Below, piece after piece: positions 1 to 11,330 of a DNA stretch of 64,000 bases; position 1 is the stretch's first letter; each line of letters starts with the position of its first letter. The position numbers and the translations under genes were made by a program. Under the pieces are notes generated by a model that had not been told where the DNA came from, did not search any database, and saw nothing but the letters and a program-made list of their open reading frames with translations. Source of the stretch: Camelus ferus (taxonomy: Eukaryota); contig NC_045697.1 in the NCBI RefSeq assembly GCF_009834535.1, forward strand, positions 91,824,001 to 91,888,000, in the 5' to 3' direction.

Positions 1-429
1 CAGAGAATAGGAAAAGTGCATGTGTATATGTGGTGTGTGTGTGTGGCAGGGTTTAGTGTGTATTGATAAGCAGGGGTGATGAAGAAAGGATTCTGAGCAC
101 TATCATATGGAAGAAATAGAAAAGATACCATTAGATGCAAACTCTATTTGTGACTTTAGAGGCAACTACACACACACACACACAAGCACATTTTCTTTAG
201 CAATTAGTTGATAGCAAATGGAAAGCTCTCACTTTTTCATGCCAGGAAAGGCACAATTTTCTGTCAATGAATTTATAGTCACTAATGATTTTTCAAGTTA
301 TTGTCAGACCCTTTTTAGAGGTACTGTGGGAGGCATCCTGCATACAGGTTGGTTTAGAGACTAAAAGTCCCTCCAACCACAAGCTATCTTAATTCTCTAA
401 TTTACAATTATTTTAGTTCAGATTGACAT

Positions 430-830
430 TTTTCCCCCTGATTTCACCTGGCCAGAGTTGTGCAGGTTCTAAAACAGACATAACTGTGATACTCTGCCTA
501 GTGTGAGCTTAGATGTTGTTATAGAATGATGACTGTTCTTTGACTTCCTGGTAATCAGACAGGTTTCAGATAGCTGGAAGCTTCTTTCTTTCATCAGAGA
601 AGAACTAAACTTTACTGCTTGTGGCACCTCTTTCAAGATGGCACGTTGTAGTAGTCTTCCTGTGCCTAATTCTTGAATTAGCCAACTTTTTCTTATCATG
701 GGCTTCACAGTAGCTTACTTGGTTCTGCAGAAAATGAACTGTTTCCCTAATCATCTAAATTACTTCTACCAGAATGGTTCAGGGGATGGAGAGAACAAGA
801 TCCGATACATTCTAAATGTGAATATTATTA
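430..830 (-). mobile_element. Ancient non-LTR (RTE/L4-like) reverse transcriptase fossil, core motifs
   Basis: Minus-strand reading gives degenerate RT motifs in order: K*ATVKPMIRKSWLIQELG (~KAFDSV..LW..L..LG), KEVPQAVKFSSSL (~GVPQG..LSP.L), and codons TAG GCA GAG TAT (~YADD). Confidence 0.5.
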
Positions 831-1472
831 TCAATTGCTCTTAAAGGTTGAAAATTTCCTTCCCTCTCTTCTACTTTATCAAACCACACTTTGCTGCCAC
901 ATTGCCTGCTTCTTAAGAAATATATGCTTAAGTGCACACTCCAGGCAAATGCACACTATTATTTAGGATATCTAGCCCCATATATCAGTCTAGATCCAAG
1001 TTAAAATTAAATTAATTAAATTAAACTATTTAAACTCAAATTAAAATAATTCAAGGATGGTTTAATAAATATTCTTTTTGTAAAGGTGTGGGAGAGGCAT
1101 AAGGAAAGTACAAGGGGCAGTGCAATATGCAGGGGCTAGTACAGTGGACCTCTGATGGCCCCTAGATCTGAAAGGAAGCAGGAAGAGGCAGTTGCTACCA
1201 TCTGGAAGGATGGAATAGGCAGTGGGGGAGTTTCAGTTAAGGTGTCTCCGAGCGATAGTTGGAATGGGAAATAAAATATGTGTGGGGGTGGGTGCTACCT
1301 CACTGGCATCCTTTCCTCCTGTCAATCACCCTCCTTTTCCTTAACAATCAGGCATTCCAAAGTGGGTCCAGGAAATTATTAGTGACTATAAATTCATTGA
1401 CAGAAAATTGTGCCTTTGCTGGTACGAAAAATTGAGCGCTTTCCATTTGCTATCAACTAATTGCTAAAGAAA

Positions 1473-1473
<1 letters not shown>

Positions 1474-1510
<37 letters not shown>
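1474..1510. repeat. (TG)n microsatellite
   Basis: Perfect TG run. Confidence 0.98.
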
Positions 1511-1512
<2 letters not shown>

Positions 1513-1717
1513 TAGCCTCTAAAGTCACAAATAGAGTTTGCATCTAATGGTATCTTTTCCTATCTTTTCTATTTCTTCCATATGATAGTGCTCAAAATCC
1601 TTTCTTCATCACCCCTGCATATCAGTACACACTAAACCCCGCCACACAGACACACCACAGAGCCAGGTAGAGACAGCTGTCTTGAGAGGAGCTTTGACCT
1701 TAGGTTAAAGCTGAGAG

Positions 1718-2489
1718 TGTAGCCAAGGAAAGCCTCGTGTGGCCAGCAGCACAGAAAGCCAGACTCTGACGGTGACTGTTTGCAGCAAAGTAAGGATTTA
1801 TTTGCAAGGTGCCAAGCAAAGGAGTGGGAGACAATATTCAGGTCCACTCCATCTTGGTCTTTGAGTTAGTGATGTTTTAAAGGGGAAGAACAAAGAAACT
1901 GGGATTAATTACTGTCTTGTGACATTTCTGTGATATTGCTTAATCATGGCTTCAGGAGTCAGGATGTCTCTAGTTTATGATTCTCTGGCTAGTTGGTCCA
2001 TGGCTTGGGGGTCTGTGAGCTCACCTTGCCCTGGAGAAACAACCTGCGTTTGTACATGAATGATAATATCTACAACAGCATTTTTATTGCATTAAGGCTG
2101 ACAACAGCAATCTTAGTCATCTGACTCCAGTGAATTAGTTCAGTTAGTACAGGATTGAAGTCAGAGCGGACAAGAAGGGGTTTAAGGTCAGAGGTGGCAA
2201 GCAAGGGAATAAAGTTTTGGATAGAGAGATTAATCATAATCTTGGTAAGAGAACTCTGTTCTTGGGGGACCGGTTTCAAGAGCCAGTCTGAGGCAACCCA
2301 GCAGGGAACCCGACTCAGTGATCTGATCTCTCTCTCTCTCCTCTCTACTGCAGGACCCCATTTTATATATCGTAGCTTCTGAAGCCACAGTAGAGTTCGC
2401 ATATAATGATACCTCTTCTACTTTTTCCATATGATAATCCTCAACATTCTCCCTTTGATGTAGTCCATGTGGTCAGGCTCCTGAAGCCG
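1718..2489 (-). mobile_element. ERV1-type 3' LTR (1718-2446) with polypurine tract and short internal stub
   Basis: TG...CA ends. AATAAA on minus (tttatt 1797-1802). PPT AAAGGGAGAA (revcomp 2447-2456) abuts the LTR start TGTTGAGG. GAGAG direct repeats at 1713-1717 and 2490-2494. Confidence 0.7.
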
Positions 2490-3611
2490 GAGAGACCCTG
2501 GTGAAGGGTAGAATGTGGATCTGAAGGGGAAAATGGCACATTTCTGGCACCCACCTTTGCTCTGGAAGCATCAGTGGATCCTTGGAGGGACCTTGACTAC
2601 ACCTTTTATTCTTCTCTCTGAATGCCTAGAGAAGACCACTTTGGACCCCTTTCTCCTTGAACCTTTTGTTTTAAATGCCTTCTGAGATAGTATCAGATGA
2701 ATAATATGAAGGGAAAGAACAGGGGGGAGAAAGATTTGTTCTTTGCCCTACTCTCACCAAAAGCTCCATTCTCCAGCATAGTGGCCTGGGTGGCACCTTT
2801 TATTTCCTTGCTGACCTCTGTTGTGACAGGGGTAGAGAAGAAGGCTATCTTCAGTTTTTCCTTGACTTTGGATTCAAGAGTGTCGGGGGGAGAATCCACA
2901 GCCATCCTGAAAGTCTCAGGGAAACCTACTATCCTGAAACTGTGCTGAGAAAATTGACCTGAAAACAGTGCTACAGCATGAACGTACATCTGCTTCTACT
3001 GCCTTTAATGTTACATTGTCCTTTGTGGAAGATTAGTCTGTTTTCTTCCTTATGTATTCTCATTAGGGAGGAAGCATTTTGAAGAGGTGCTGGCTAAAAT
3101 TACTACCTCTGTTTGATATCACAAAAGTGTTTGACATTTGCTTCTTTTTCACATATTTGAGTGAGAAGTCAAAATGTTCAACTCAGCAAACCCAGGACAA
3201 GAATTTGGTCCTTAATGTCACATGCCAAGCTGAAATTCTTACCAGAATTTCAAAAATAGAAATCTTTAGTATATGTATTTTTGGAAGACCTGAGAGAAAC
3301 CATGGCTGTTATTGAGAAGTTGATAGGGATGAGTTGTTTAATAATCAAAAATAAAGGTAGTAGGCTGGGAAAGGTATTTGGTAAAAGCTCATTACAGATG
3401 GCACAGAACGTGGTCGAGTTAAATGAAGTAATAATAATTTGAATACATTAAAGTATCTATTATTGGTTAAAAAAAATCAAAAGTTGAGAGATAATGAACC
3501 CTGCAAGAATAAGAAAAAATATGCTTGATTTTATATATTTTAAAGGATTTAAATTTGATTTTATATATTTTAAAGGTCTCTGACAAATGATTTTTCTACG
3601 TTTTAACACAG

Positions 3612-3838
3612 ATCTGGAGTTGGCAGACTTCTGTGTAAAGGGCCAGATAGTAAATATTTTAGACTTTGCAGGCCAGGTGGTTTTTGTCACAACTATTCAA
3701 CTCTGTCATCGTAGCTCAAAAGCCACTATATACCGTAGATAAATAAATGGGCATGGTTGTGTCCCTCTTAAACTTCATTCACAAAAACAGCAAGGGCTGG
3801 GCTGGACCTGTCCTGTACGCTGTGATTTGAGGACTCTT
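3612..3838. mobile_element. MER58A-like hAT-Charlie MITE
   Basis: Characteristic ggagttggcagacttctgtgtaaagggccagatagtaaatattttagactttgcaggcca...aaatgggcatggttgtgt. Confidence 0.85.
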
Positions 3839-4139
3839 GATTTAGGTCTAAACATTTTTTTTGTCTGCCATTTGTAAAATTTTACATGGCCTTGGTAAAA
3901 TTGGATAAAACTTACATATTTTATTAAACTAAAGTTGTGAGGCACTTCCCAAGAATTCAGAATGTTAGGAGATCATCATATCCTTAGCGGTAAACACGAT
4001 GAGAGAGGGACAGCCCAGTAGGTGCTTTCACATTTTAAAGATGCTCGGAAACATGTGATGATTTTGTAGTTTCAAAGCAAAACATTACATTCTTATTACC
4101 CCCCCCCCGACACACACACTAATAGTAATAAATAAAGAG

Positions 4140-4290
4140 AGAAGAAGGAAACTTTTGAAAGTGACAGATATGTTTATGACATAGTTTGCAGTGCTGGTTT
4201 CACAGATGTATACTTACCTCCAAACACATCAAGCTGTATACATTAAATATGTACTGCTTTTTAAATGTCAATAATAGCACAACAAACTGG
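4140..4290 (+). mobile_element. L1MC/MB-type 3' end fragment
   Basis: gaaacttttgaaagtgacagatatgtttat...catcaagctgtatacattaaatatgtac matches an old L1 3' terminus. Confidence 0.7.
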
Positions 4291-4601
4291 GTTTTAAAAA
4301 GACCTAAGGAACTGTTTCAGGGGAAAAAAAAAGCCAACCAAACAAAACCCCCAAATTTGCTCTTAGAAAATAACATATCAGTGTGATCCAGCCACTGAGC
4401 ACATAAAGCCCTGCATTTCATCTTACTTGAAATGAATCCATCGAAGGACCAAGAAGTTGTATATTAAATATTAATAGGGGAAATTTTTTCTCTAATTCGA
4501 TTAGATTAAATTTATTCTAATTCTAGATTAAATTTAGTTGATCATGAGTTGAAAACAAGATATGATTTTTCTTCATTTACTTTTTTTTCCCTTCTTGCCT
4601 T

Positions 4602-5574
4602 TGTCAATGACCTTCAGCCAAAGAACACGAGAAACACATATACAGATGAACAAGTTGGGTTTATTGTGATTGCTGCTAGAGACCACATGCACCGTGGGGA
4701 CTGTCCGAGACAAACTTAACTTTCCCCTCAGCTTCACTGAACTTTAGGCAGGCTTCTTTCTGGCTGTAGTCCCCTGTCCTCCCTTCCTTAGGGCATTTAC
4801 TTTAGAAAACTTGCTGCTGTACATTCTTTCTCTACCTTTTGTGACTAAATCTCTCAGCCTCTTTCCAGCTTTATAACCAGGTGTGTCTTTCTCAAGGACC
4901 TGGAGTCATCCCTTTGAAATGGAATCAGCAGGGAAGATAGTGTCCCTATCTCACAGTCTTTGTGGGAAGGTGGGAGCCTAACCTTGAGAAACACTAGTTA
5001 GCAAACCCAGAAGGTCTAATCACATTGACCAACCTCCAACTAATGTCCTCCAGTACTTTTCCACTGGCTCACCTGGGGCTTAACAACTCACCTACTTTTG
5101 TTTTAGTGGAGTTGAGTTAAATCTCTCCTCCCTGTTGAAGTAGGCTTGAATAAAGTCTTTCTTGCCTTTTAAACTCCATCCTATATTGAGTTTTCCTTGA
5201 TAAAAAAATATGGGTTTTTCAATGAAGGGTAATTAGGACTTACAGGATTTGAGCTTTGGTTGGGTAATTTGGGGGAGGATCTAAGGAAGTAGGTGCTCAC
5301 TCTGTCAGAACACAGGGAAATTCTATGCATATCTCAGTAAATCTTATTTATAGGGAGGACAGACCAGAGTGAGGGCAAAGCTGTAAAGGGTAAAGAAGCA
5401 GCAGTCACTCATTTAGATGGTTTGTGCTTTGCATGTTGCACAATATCCTTGCTTTTGTTTCACTTTATCATGATCTCAGAGTGACCTTGTCTGATGTTGA
5501 TATTCTCTGAGACTGGTTATGTCCAACAGGAAAACAAAATGACCTGTGATCCTCAGACCTGCTTGCAAACCACA
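4602..5574 (-). mobile_element. Old ERV1-class solo LTR (host of nested LTR)
   Basis: TG start at 4602, CA end at 5574, minus-strand AATAAA (tttatt 4660-4665). Interrupted at 4702-5202. Confidence 0.55.
4702..5202 (+). mobile_element. MER34/MER39-like (MER4-group ERV1) solo LTR
   Basis: TG start. Motif ctcaaggacctggagtcatccctttgaaat...gtgggagcctaac. AATAAA at 5149-5154 about 50 nt before the end. Confidence 0.75.
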
Positions 5575-5746
5575 TTGTTAGCTCTAAGATCTAAACAGCT
5601 CCAGATGTGGAGAGCTGCTTTTTTCTTTTTCACTTTGTTGCATGAAAAGAAAACTATTGCTGCTCCAAATGTGAAGATTTTAAAGGCTTAGGACAAAATA
5701 ATGGTTTCAGAATTTATATTTTTAGAAGATCAGTGTGTGTGTATAT

Positions 5747-5769
5747 ACACACACACACACACACACACA
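5747..5769. repeat. (CA)n microsatellite
   Basis: CA run. Confidence 0.95.
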
Positions 5770-5940
5770 AATATATACATCCTTTCTCTGTTTCTCTCTT
5801 ATTCTCGTAATAATAATATCTGGTTAACTATGGTCTTGGTGAACTAGGGAAGAAGTTTTAACTTAGATAGTGGTGTTCATAAAATGGTCTCAAGAAATTA
5901 CAAGATAAAGGCTGTTTTGTCTATGCTTATCATGTAATCT

Positions 5941-7449
5941 TTTTTTTTAAATTGAAGTACAATCAGTTATAATGTGTCAATTTCTGGTATACAGCACAAT
6001 GTCCCACTCATGCATATACATACATATATTCATTTTCATATTCTTTTTCATTAAATATTATTACAAGATATTGAATATGGTTCCCTGTGCTATACAGAAG
6101 AAAAAAACTTAATCTGTTTTTATATGTAGTGGCTAACATTTGCAAATCTCAAACTCCCAATTTTATCTCTTCCCACCCACTTCCCCTGGTAACCATAAGA
6201 TTGTTTACTATGTCTGTGAGTCTGTTTCTGTTTTGTAGATGAGTTCATTAATGTCCTCTTTTTTTCTTTTTTTAGATTCCACATATGAGTGATATCATAT
6301 GGTATTTTTTTTTCTTTCTGGGTTACTTAGAATTATGATCTCTAGGTCCCTCCATGTTGCTGCGAATGGCATTATTTTATTCTTTTTTAATGTCTGAGTA
6401 GTTTTCCATTGTATAAATATACCACAACTTCTTTATCTGGTCATTTATTGATGGACATTTAGGTTGTTTCCATGTCTTGGCTATTGTATACAGTGCCGTT
6501 ATGAGCATTGGGGTGCATGTATCTTTTTAAATTAGAGTTCCCTCTGGATATATATCCAGGAGTGGGATTGCTGGATCATATGGTAAATCTATTTTTAGTT
6601 TTTTGACAAATCTCCGTACTGTTTTCCATAATTGCTGCACCAAACTACATTCCCAACAGCAATGTGGGAGGGTTTCCTTTTCTCCACACCCTCTCCAGCA
6701 TTTATCATTCAGACTTTTTAATGATGGCCATTCTGACTGGTGTGAGGTGATACCTCATTGTAGTTTTGATTTGCATTTCTCTGATAATTAGTGATACTGA
6801 GCATTTTTTCAGGTACCTATTGGCTATTTGTATGTCTTCATTGAAGTATTGCTTGTTTATGTCTTCTGCCCATTTTTGGATTGGGTTATTTGTTTTTTTG
6901 TTATTAAGTTGTGTGAGCTGTTTATATATTCTGGAAATTAAACCTTTGTCAGTCACATCATTTGCAAATATTTTCTCCCATTCCATTGGTTGTCGTTTTG
7001 TTTTGCTATGGTTTCCATTGCTGTGCAAGAGTTTATAAGATTAATTAGGTCCCATTTGTTAATTTTTGCTTTTATTTCTATTGTCTTGGTAGATTGCCCT
7101 AGGGGAACATTGCTAAGATTTCTGTCAGAGAATGTTTTACCTATGTTTTCTTCTAGGAGGTTTATTGTGTCTTGTCTTATCTTTAAGTCTTTAAGCCATT
7201 TTGAGTTTATTTTGTGCGTGTGGTGTGAAGGATTGTTGTAACTTCATTGATTTACATGCTGCTGTCCAGTTTTCCCAGCACTGCTTGCTGAAGGGACTGT
7301 CTTTTCTCCATTGTATATTCTCGACTCCTTTGTCAAAGATTAATCGACCGTAGATCTGTGGGTTTATTTCTGGGCTTTGTGTTCTGTTCCATTGATCCAT
7401 ATGTCATGGGTAATTTGATCGGGATCACATCAAATCTGTAGATTGCCTT
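5941..7449 (-). mobile_element. 5'-truncated lineage-specific LINE-1 (ORF2 C-terminal part + 3' UTR + polyA)
   Basis: ORF2 peptides [25 protein letters not shown] and [22 protein letters not shown]...[26 protein letters not shown]-tail at 5941. Diverged 20-bp TSD 5922-5941 / 7450-7469 (17/20). Confidence 0.97.
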
Positions 7450-7469
7450 TATGCTTACCATATACTCTT

Positions 7470-7780
7470 GATCAGCTATTGTTCTTTAAGATTGATAAGT
7501 GGCAATGTAAGGATTTGGTTTATGTTGGAATGATGGTCCTGTAATAGATATCCCATAAGCTCATCTGCTTTTGCTGAGTTAAAGATCTCTCTTATCAGTA
7601 AGGTTTTTACTGGAGGAGAGATGAAGTTTTCCTGGTTGAATGATGTGCCAGATACTGAATTATGAGCTGATTTTATTGAATGTGCAAGGCTTGGTTGGTG
7701 AGAATTCATTTGGTCAACTGACTTCAGCAGGTTCACTTTGACCTTGATGGAATTTTCTTCTTAGTCTAGTGGATCTTCTA
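7470..7780 (-). mobile_element. Ancient non-LTR element fossil (pre-RT region), continuing at ~5820-5920
   Basis: KADELMGY resembles KAxGxDGI. After removing the L1, the minus strand continues to tgtaatttcttgagaccatt (CNFLRP, ~NYRPI). Confidence 0.35.
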
Positions 7781-7862
7781 TTTATTGTGTAAAAGATACC
7801 TAGTGTCTTTTATACTGTGAATGGAAGGTCACTTTGTCATCTAAGTGAATAAGATTCTCTTT

Positions 7863-8140
7863 TCCATCCAACAATATTTACTGAGCATCTCTATATAACA
7901 GACACTGCTCTAGATGCTGGTAGACATCAGTGAATAAAGTAGACTCTTAAGGATCTTAGCATTTATGGAGACAGGCGATTAATAAAATCAATAAATAATG
8001 TGACAAGTGTTGTAAATGAAAACAACAGAATTGGAAATGATATATTGGGAGAGGGGTTTACAGTTCTCTCTGAGGAGCTGAATTTAAGCTGAGACTTTAA
8101 AGTTGAAAAAGGATCAGTTATGCAAAGATGGATAAAGAAA
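7863..8140 (-). mobile_element. L2 3' fragment
   Basis: catccaacaatatttactgagcatctctat...cactgctctagatgctgg is the revcomp of the L2 3' end. Confidence 0.75.
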
Positions 8141-8875
8141 GGGTTCCTTCCTTTCCCTCCTCTTCATAGTTTATCTGTCAATATAGATTTAACTAATACC
8201 CCAAGGCTGGTATTTTGCTTTATTTTATGTATGCAACATTTGCTTGTTTGGCTGGGTCTGCAACCCTCATTAATTTTGTTCTTTTATGTTACACTTACAC
8301 TTAGGTTTTTATTAATATAGTTACTGTTACATTTTGACCTGCAGTGTCTCACAGATGGATATTGCCTTTAAGTTGTGGGGGCAGGATACTGAACCAGTCT
8401 TAATTTTGAAATTCAGTTAGCTTTCCATGGTGTTAAGGACAGTTTTCTTCAACAGAGTTTCTGACAGTGAAGTACTGGCTTGTATTTGTAGGTTTGATAT
8501 ATAGATTAAGCTCCAACAGCTTATCACATTTTTATATAGATCCATACAGCTAGGAAAAGCATGAAACCATGGTTCCTGGTCTGTTTAAATCTTTTTGTCA
8601 TTTCCAATGTCCTGTTGACAAGTTTAGGAGCTGTCTATAGAGAGAGAGAGAGAGGGAGAGACTGACCTCCTCTGAGACCTTTTTTTTTTTTTCTCTATTG
8701 TAGTCTCTATAAGTGGCATGACCATATTTCATTTCCTTTCAATTCTAAATCTTGGTATCAAATAAGAGTCTCCATCTCCCTCATTTTACACATCCAAATA
8801 CAAAGTCACTGAATTTGTTCGTTCAATCTGTTTTTCCTTTTTTCTCTATCTTGATGTCTTTTTCTATCTTGAGTC

Positions 8876-9071
8876 TGTGCTGTCCTATAGAACAGTGATT
8901 AGCCATATGTGACTATTTAAATTTAAATTCAATAACATTAAATGGAATTAGAATTTAGTTTATAAGTTATACAATGCTACCTTTTAAGTTCTTAAAAGGG
9001 ACGTGTGGCTAGTGGCTGCCATATTGATAAAACATTGCCATCACGGCTGAAAGTTCTGTTGGACAGTGCTG
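8876..9071. mobile_element. MER3/MER33-like hAT-Charlie MITE
   Basis: Ends gtgctgtcctatagaac / gttctgttggacagtgctg. Internal tagccatatgtgactatttaaatttaa and gtggctagtggctgccatattg. Confidence 0.85.
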
Positions 9072-9079
9072 CCAAGACC

Positions 9080-10110
9080 GTTACAGCAGCCTCTCTGCTT
9101 TCACAGCTGTGTGTATTCTCAGGCAAACCCAATCCCTTCTTACCCTATACCTTGCTGCCAAAATTAATCTTCTTAAAGGGCTAATCTAGCTGTTTTTCTT
9201 CCTCGATCAAAAATCTTCAAAGGGTTTCTCATTAACTTCAGAATTAAATCCAAACTCCTAACCCTTATATTCATAATGCTCTAAGATCTGATTCCATTCT
9301 CCACTCATGCAACTAGCAAATATTTTTAAAAATGATGATACTTCTTTCTGGCAAAGGGAATGGTGAAACATACTCTTGCATGCTTCTGATAAATTGGCAT
9401 TTTTCTAGAAGTAAATACTGGCAAATGCTGCAAGATACATTAAAGAGGTATACTATTTACTTCACTAATTTCATTTCTGATCTTTAAAAACTAGCTAGAG
9501 ACGTGGTAAAAATATGTGCAGAAAGGGGTTCACAGCTTAATGTTTGGGGAAAATTGGAAATAATCTAAATGCTCGATCAGTACGGAAATGCTTAAATCAA
9601 TTATGCTGCATCTATACCTGTGAGCCATAACTTAGTAATCTTGATACCACAAAAATATTTATAGCTTCATTTCCTGCTACTCCATTCATTTCTCCATTAC
9701 TTCTTGACTTCAGGCAAATCAAATACTTTCATCCTTTTTTTTTTTTTTTTGGTATAAGTTGCTCTGTCTGCTTAGAGTATTTTTTCAGTCCAGATCACCA
9801 AATGTCTACTGATGCTTTAAAGCCAGTTCAGATTACATCTCCTTCAGGAAATCTTTTTAGACTTTCTCCATTAGAGACGATAGTTCTTTTCTTCATACTC
9901 CCATGTATTCCCATGACACTTGCATAACATGTATAGTATTACATTTGCAATTCATAGCTTATCTATTTATCTTTCCCACTTTCTTACAAACTGTAAAATC
10001 TTAAAAGCTGAAATAGTGTTTTTTTTTTAAATTTATCATTGTCTTTTAAATATGTGACACAATACCTGTTTCATTTTTGATACTAAATAATGTTCCTGAA
10101 GAAATGAATG
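9080..10110 (+). mobile_element. L2 fragment interrupted by an L1ME-like fragment (~9320-9630)
   Basis: L2 motif aaaaatcttcaa...agaattaaatccaaactcct and L2 tail near 10080-10110. L1ME motif aaattggaaataatctaaatgctc. Confidence 0.6.
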
Positions 10111-11059
10111 CAGGGAAAACAAATGTTCACTCTAATCATTAATGCCCAGAAGGTTTCGGCAAACACTGTATGATCCCCACTCCATTTTTTATGATCAAGT
10201 TGGAGAAATTGATGTGGGAAAAGAGGAAATAACCATAGAAATGAACTGGAGGAATGTCAAAGGTTTAATTTTGTATTATTGTTAATGTTAATCCTCTCAG
10301 GCTGTGTAAACTTTGTTCAGTTAAGTAAATACTCTGAAAGACAAAGATTTTATATTTGCTGGGAAATTCACAGTTGCAAATGCCTGTGTGTTTTCAGTGT
10401 CCTTAGGAACCTTAGCAAATAACTAACAGATTTGCATTTTCCTTCCACCTAGAGTGAAAGGTCTCTAGGTCCCTTACTGAACAATGACATTAAATAAATA
10501 CTTAGAGTACAGGAACTGAGTTGGTAGAAGGGATTTGGGCTGATCTTTGGTTTTGGAATAGATTACTCACATATACTGTATCCCAGTAAAGAGAATAGAA
10601 TTAAAATTACATTTATAATTATATTTGTACTCACTCCATATGCACTGTTAACATAAGGTTTTATAAATCATGAATTTTATATATTAGGCAGGTCATGTAA
10701 TTTTGAAACAAATATTCAACTCAGAGTAAGGCAGACTCATGTAGTGGGAAAAAGAAAGAATCCTGATATGTAACCACTGGTAGCTTAAAAAAATTACACT
10801 GAAAAATTCATGCATAGTGTTTTACCGCCAAATCACCCAATTTTATAGCGTATGTTTAGGGAACAGGAACACTAAATTCATCAAACTTATCTAATTTTGG
10901 ATGCTCCATAAATAAATAATGAAAGAAAGTCGATAAATCCATATCTCCTTTCCACATATTTATTTACATAAAGGTACACTTTCAAGAATTTACATAATAA
11001 TTTATATGGGGAAATGTTCTGCAGAGATTTTTGTCATCAATCCTTGTCAGAGCACTTTG

Positions 11060-11330
11060 ACTTTAGCCAGATTTATGAATTTTGTTTTACATATGGTAAA
11101 AAAGGAGACAGGAAGATAGTGATTTCCTGAAGGCTGACAAATCAAGATACTGGAAACTTGAGTGGAAAAAATTCTTGATTTCCACTTGAAAAGAGGACAT
11201 TTGAATATCAGCATTATTGAAGCCAGTGGTGTTACCAATAAGAACGTTGAAGGAAGTGACATGGTCCGTATGGTCCTGGGATGATACATAGACATGAGCA
11301 GAGTTTAATGGAAGGATGACCTGACTATTG
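11060..11330 (+). mobile_element. Possible RTE/L4-like C-terminal fossil
   Basis: Degenerate L.YG..ET, IKILET, KILDFHLKRGHLNISIIEASG..MVRM resemble the RTE ORF C-terminus. Confidence 0.3.

Larger units (their letters stand above)
1040..2550 (-). mobile_element. LTR33/LTR41-like ERVL LTR, interrupted by a younger ERV1 insertion at 1718-2489
   Basis: Reverse complement of 2495-2550 (tgccagaaatgtgccattttccccttcagatccac) resembles the LTR33 5' end and the copy at 61686. The sequence resumes left of 1718. Left boundary is uncertain. Confidence 0.45.

Noticed and set aside
2070..2989. Cluster of overlapping 66-110 aa ORFs
   Set aside because: They lie in or next to an LTR, have no recognisable gag/pol/env or host motifs, and have lengths expected by chance.
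3525..3576. Direct repeat ttgattttatatattttaaagg x2
   Set aside because: Simple local tandem duplication with two copies only; not CRISPR-like.
6705..7400. ORFs with clear protein-like sequence (107 aa, 69 aa)
   Set aside because: Frameshifted LINE-1 ORF2 remnants, not host genes.
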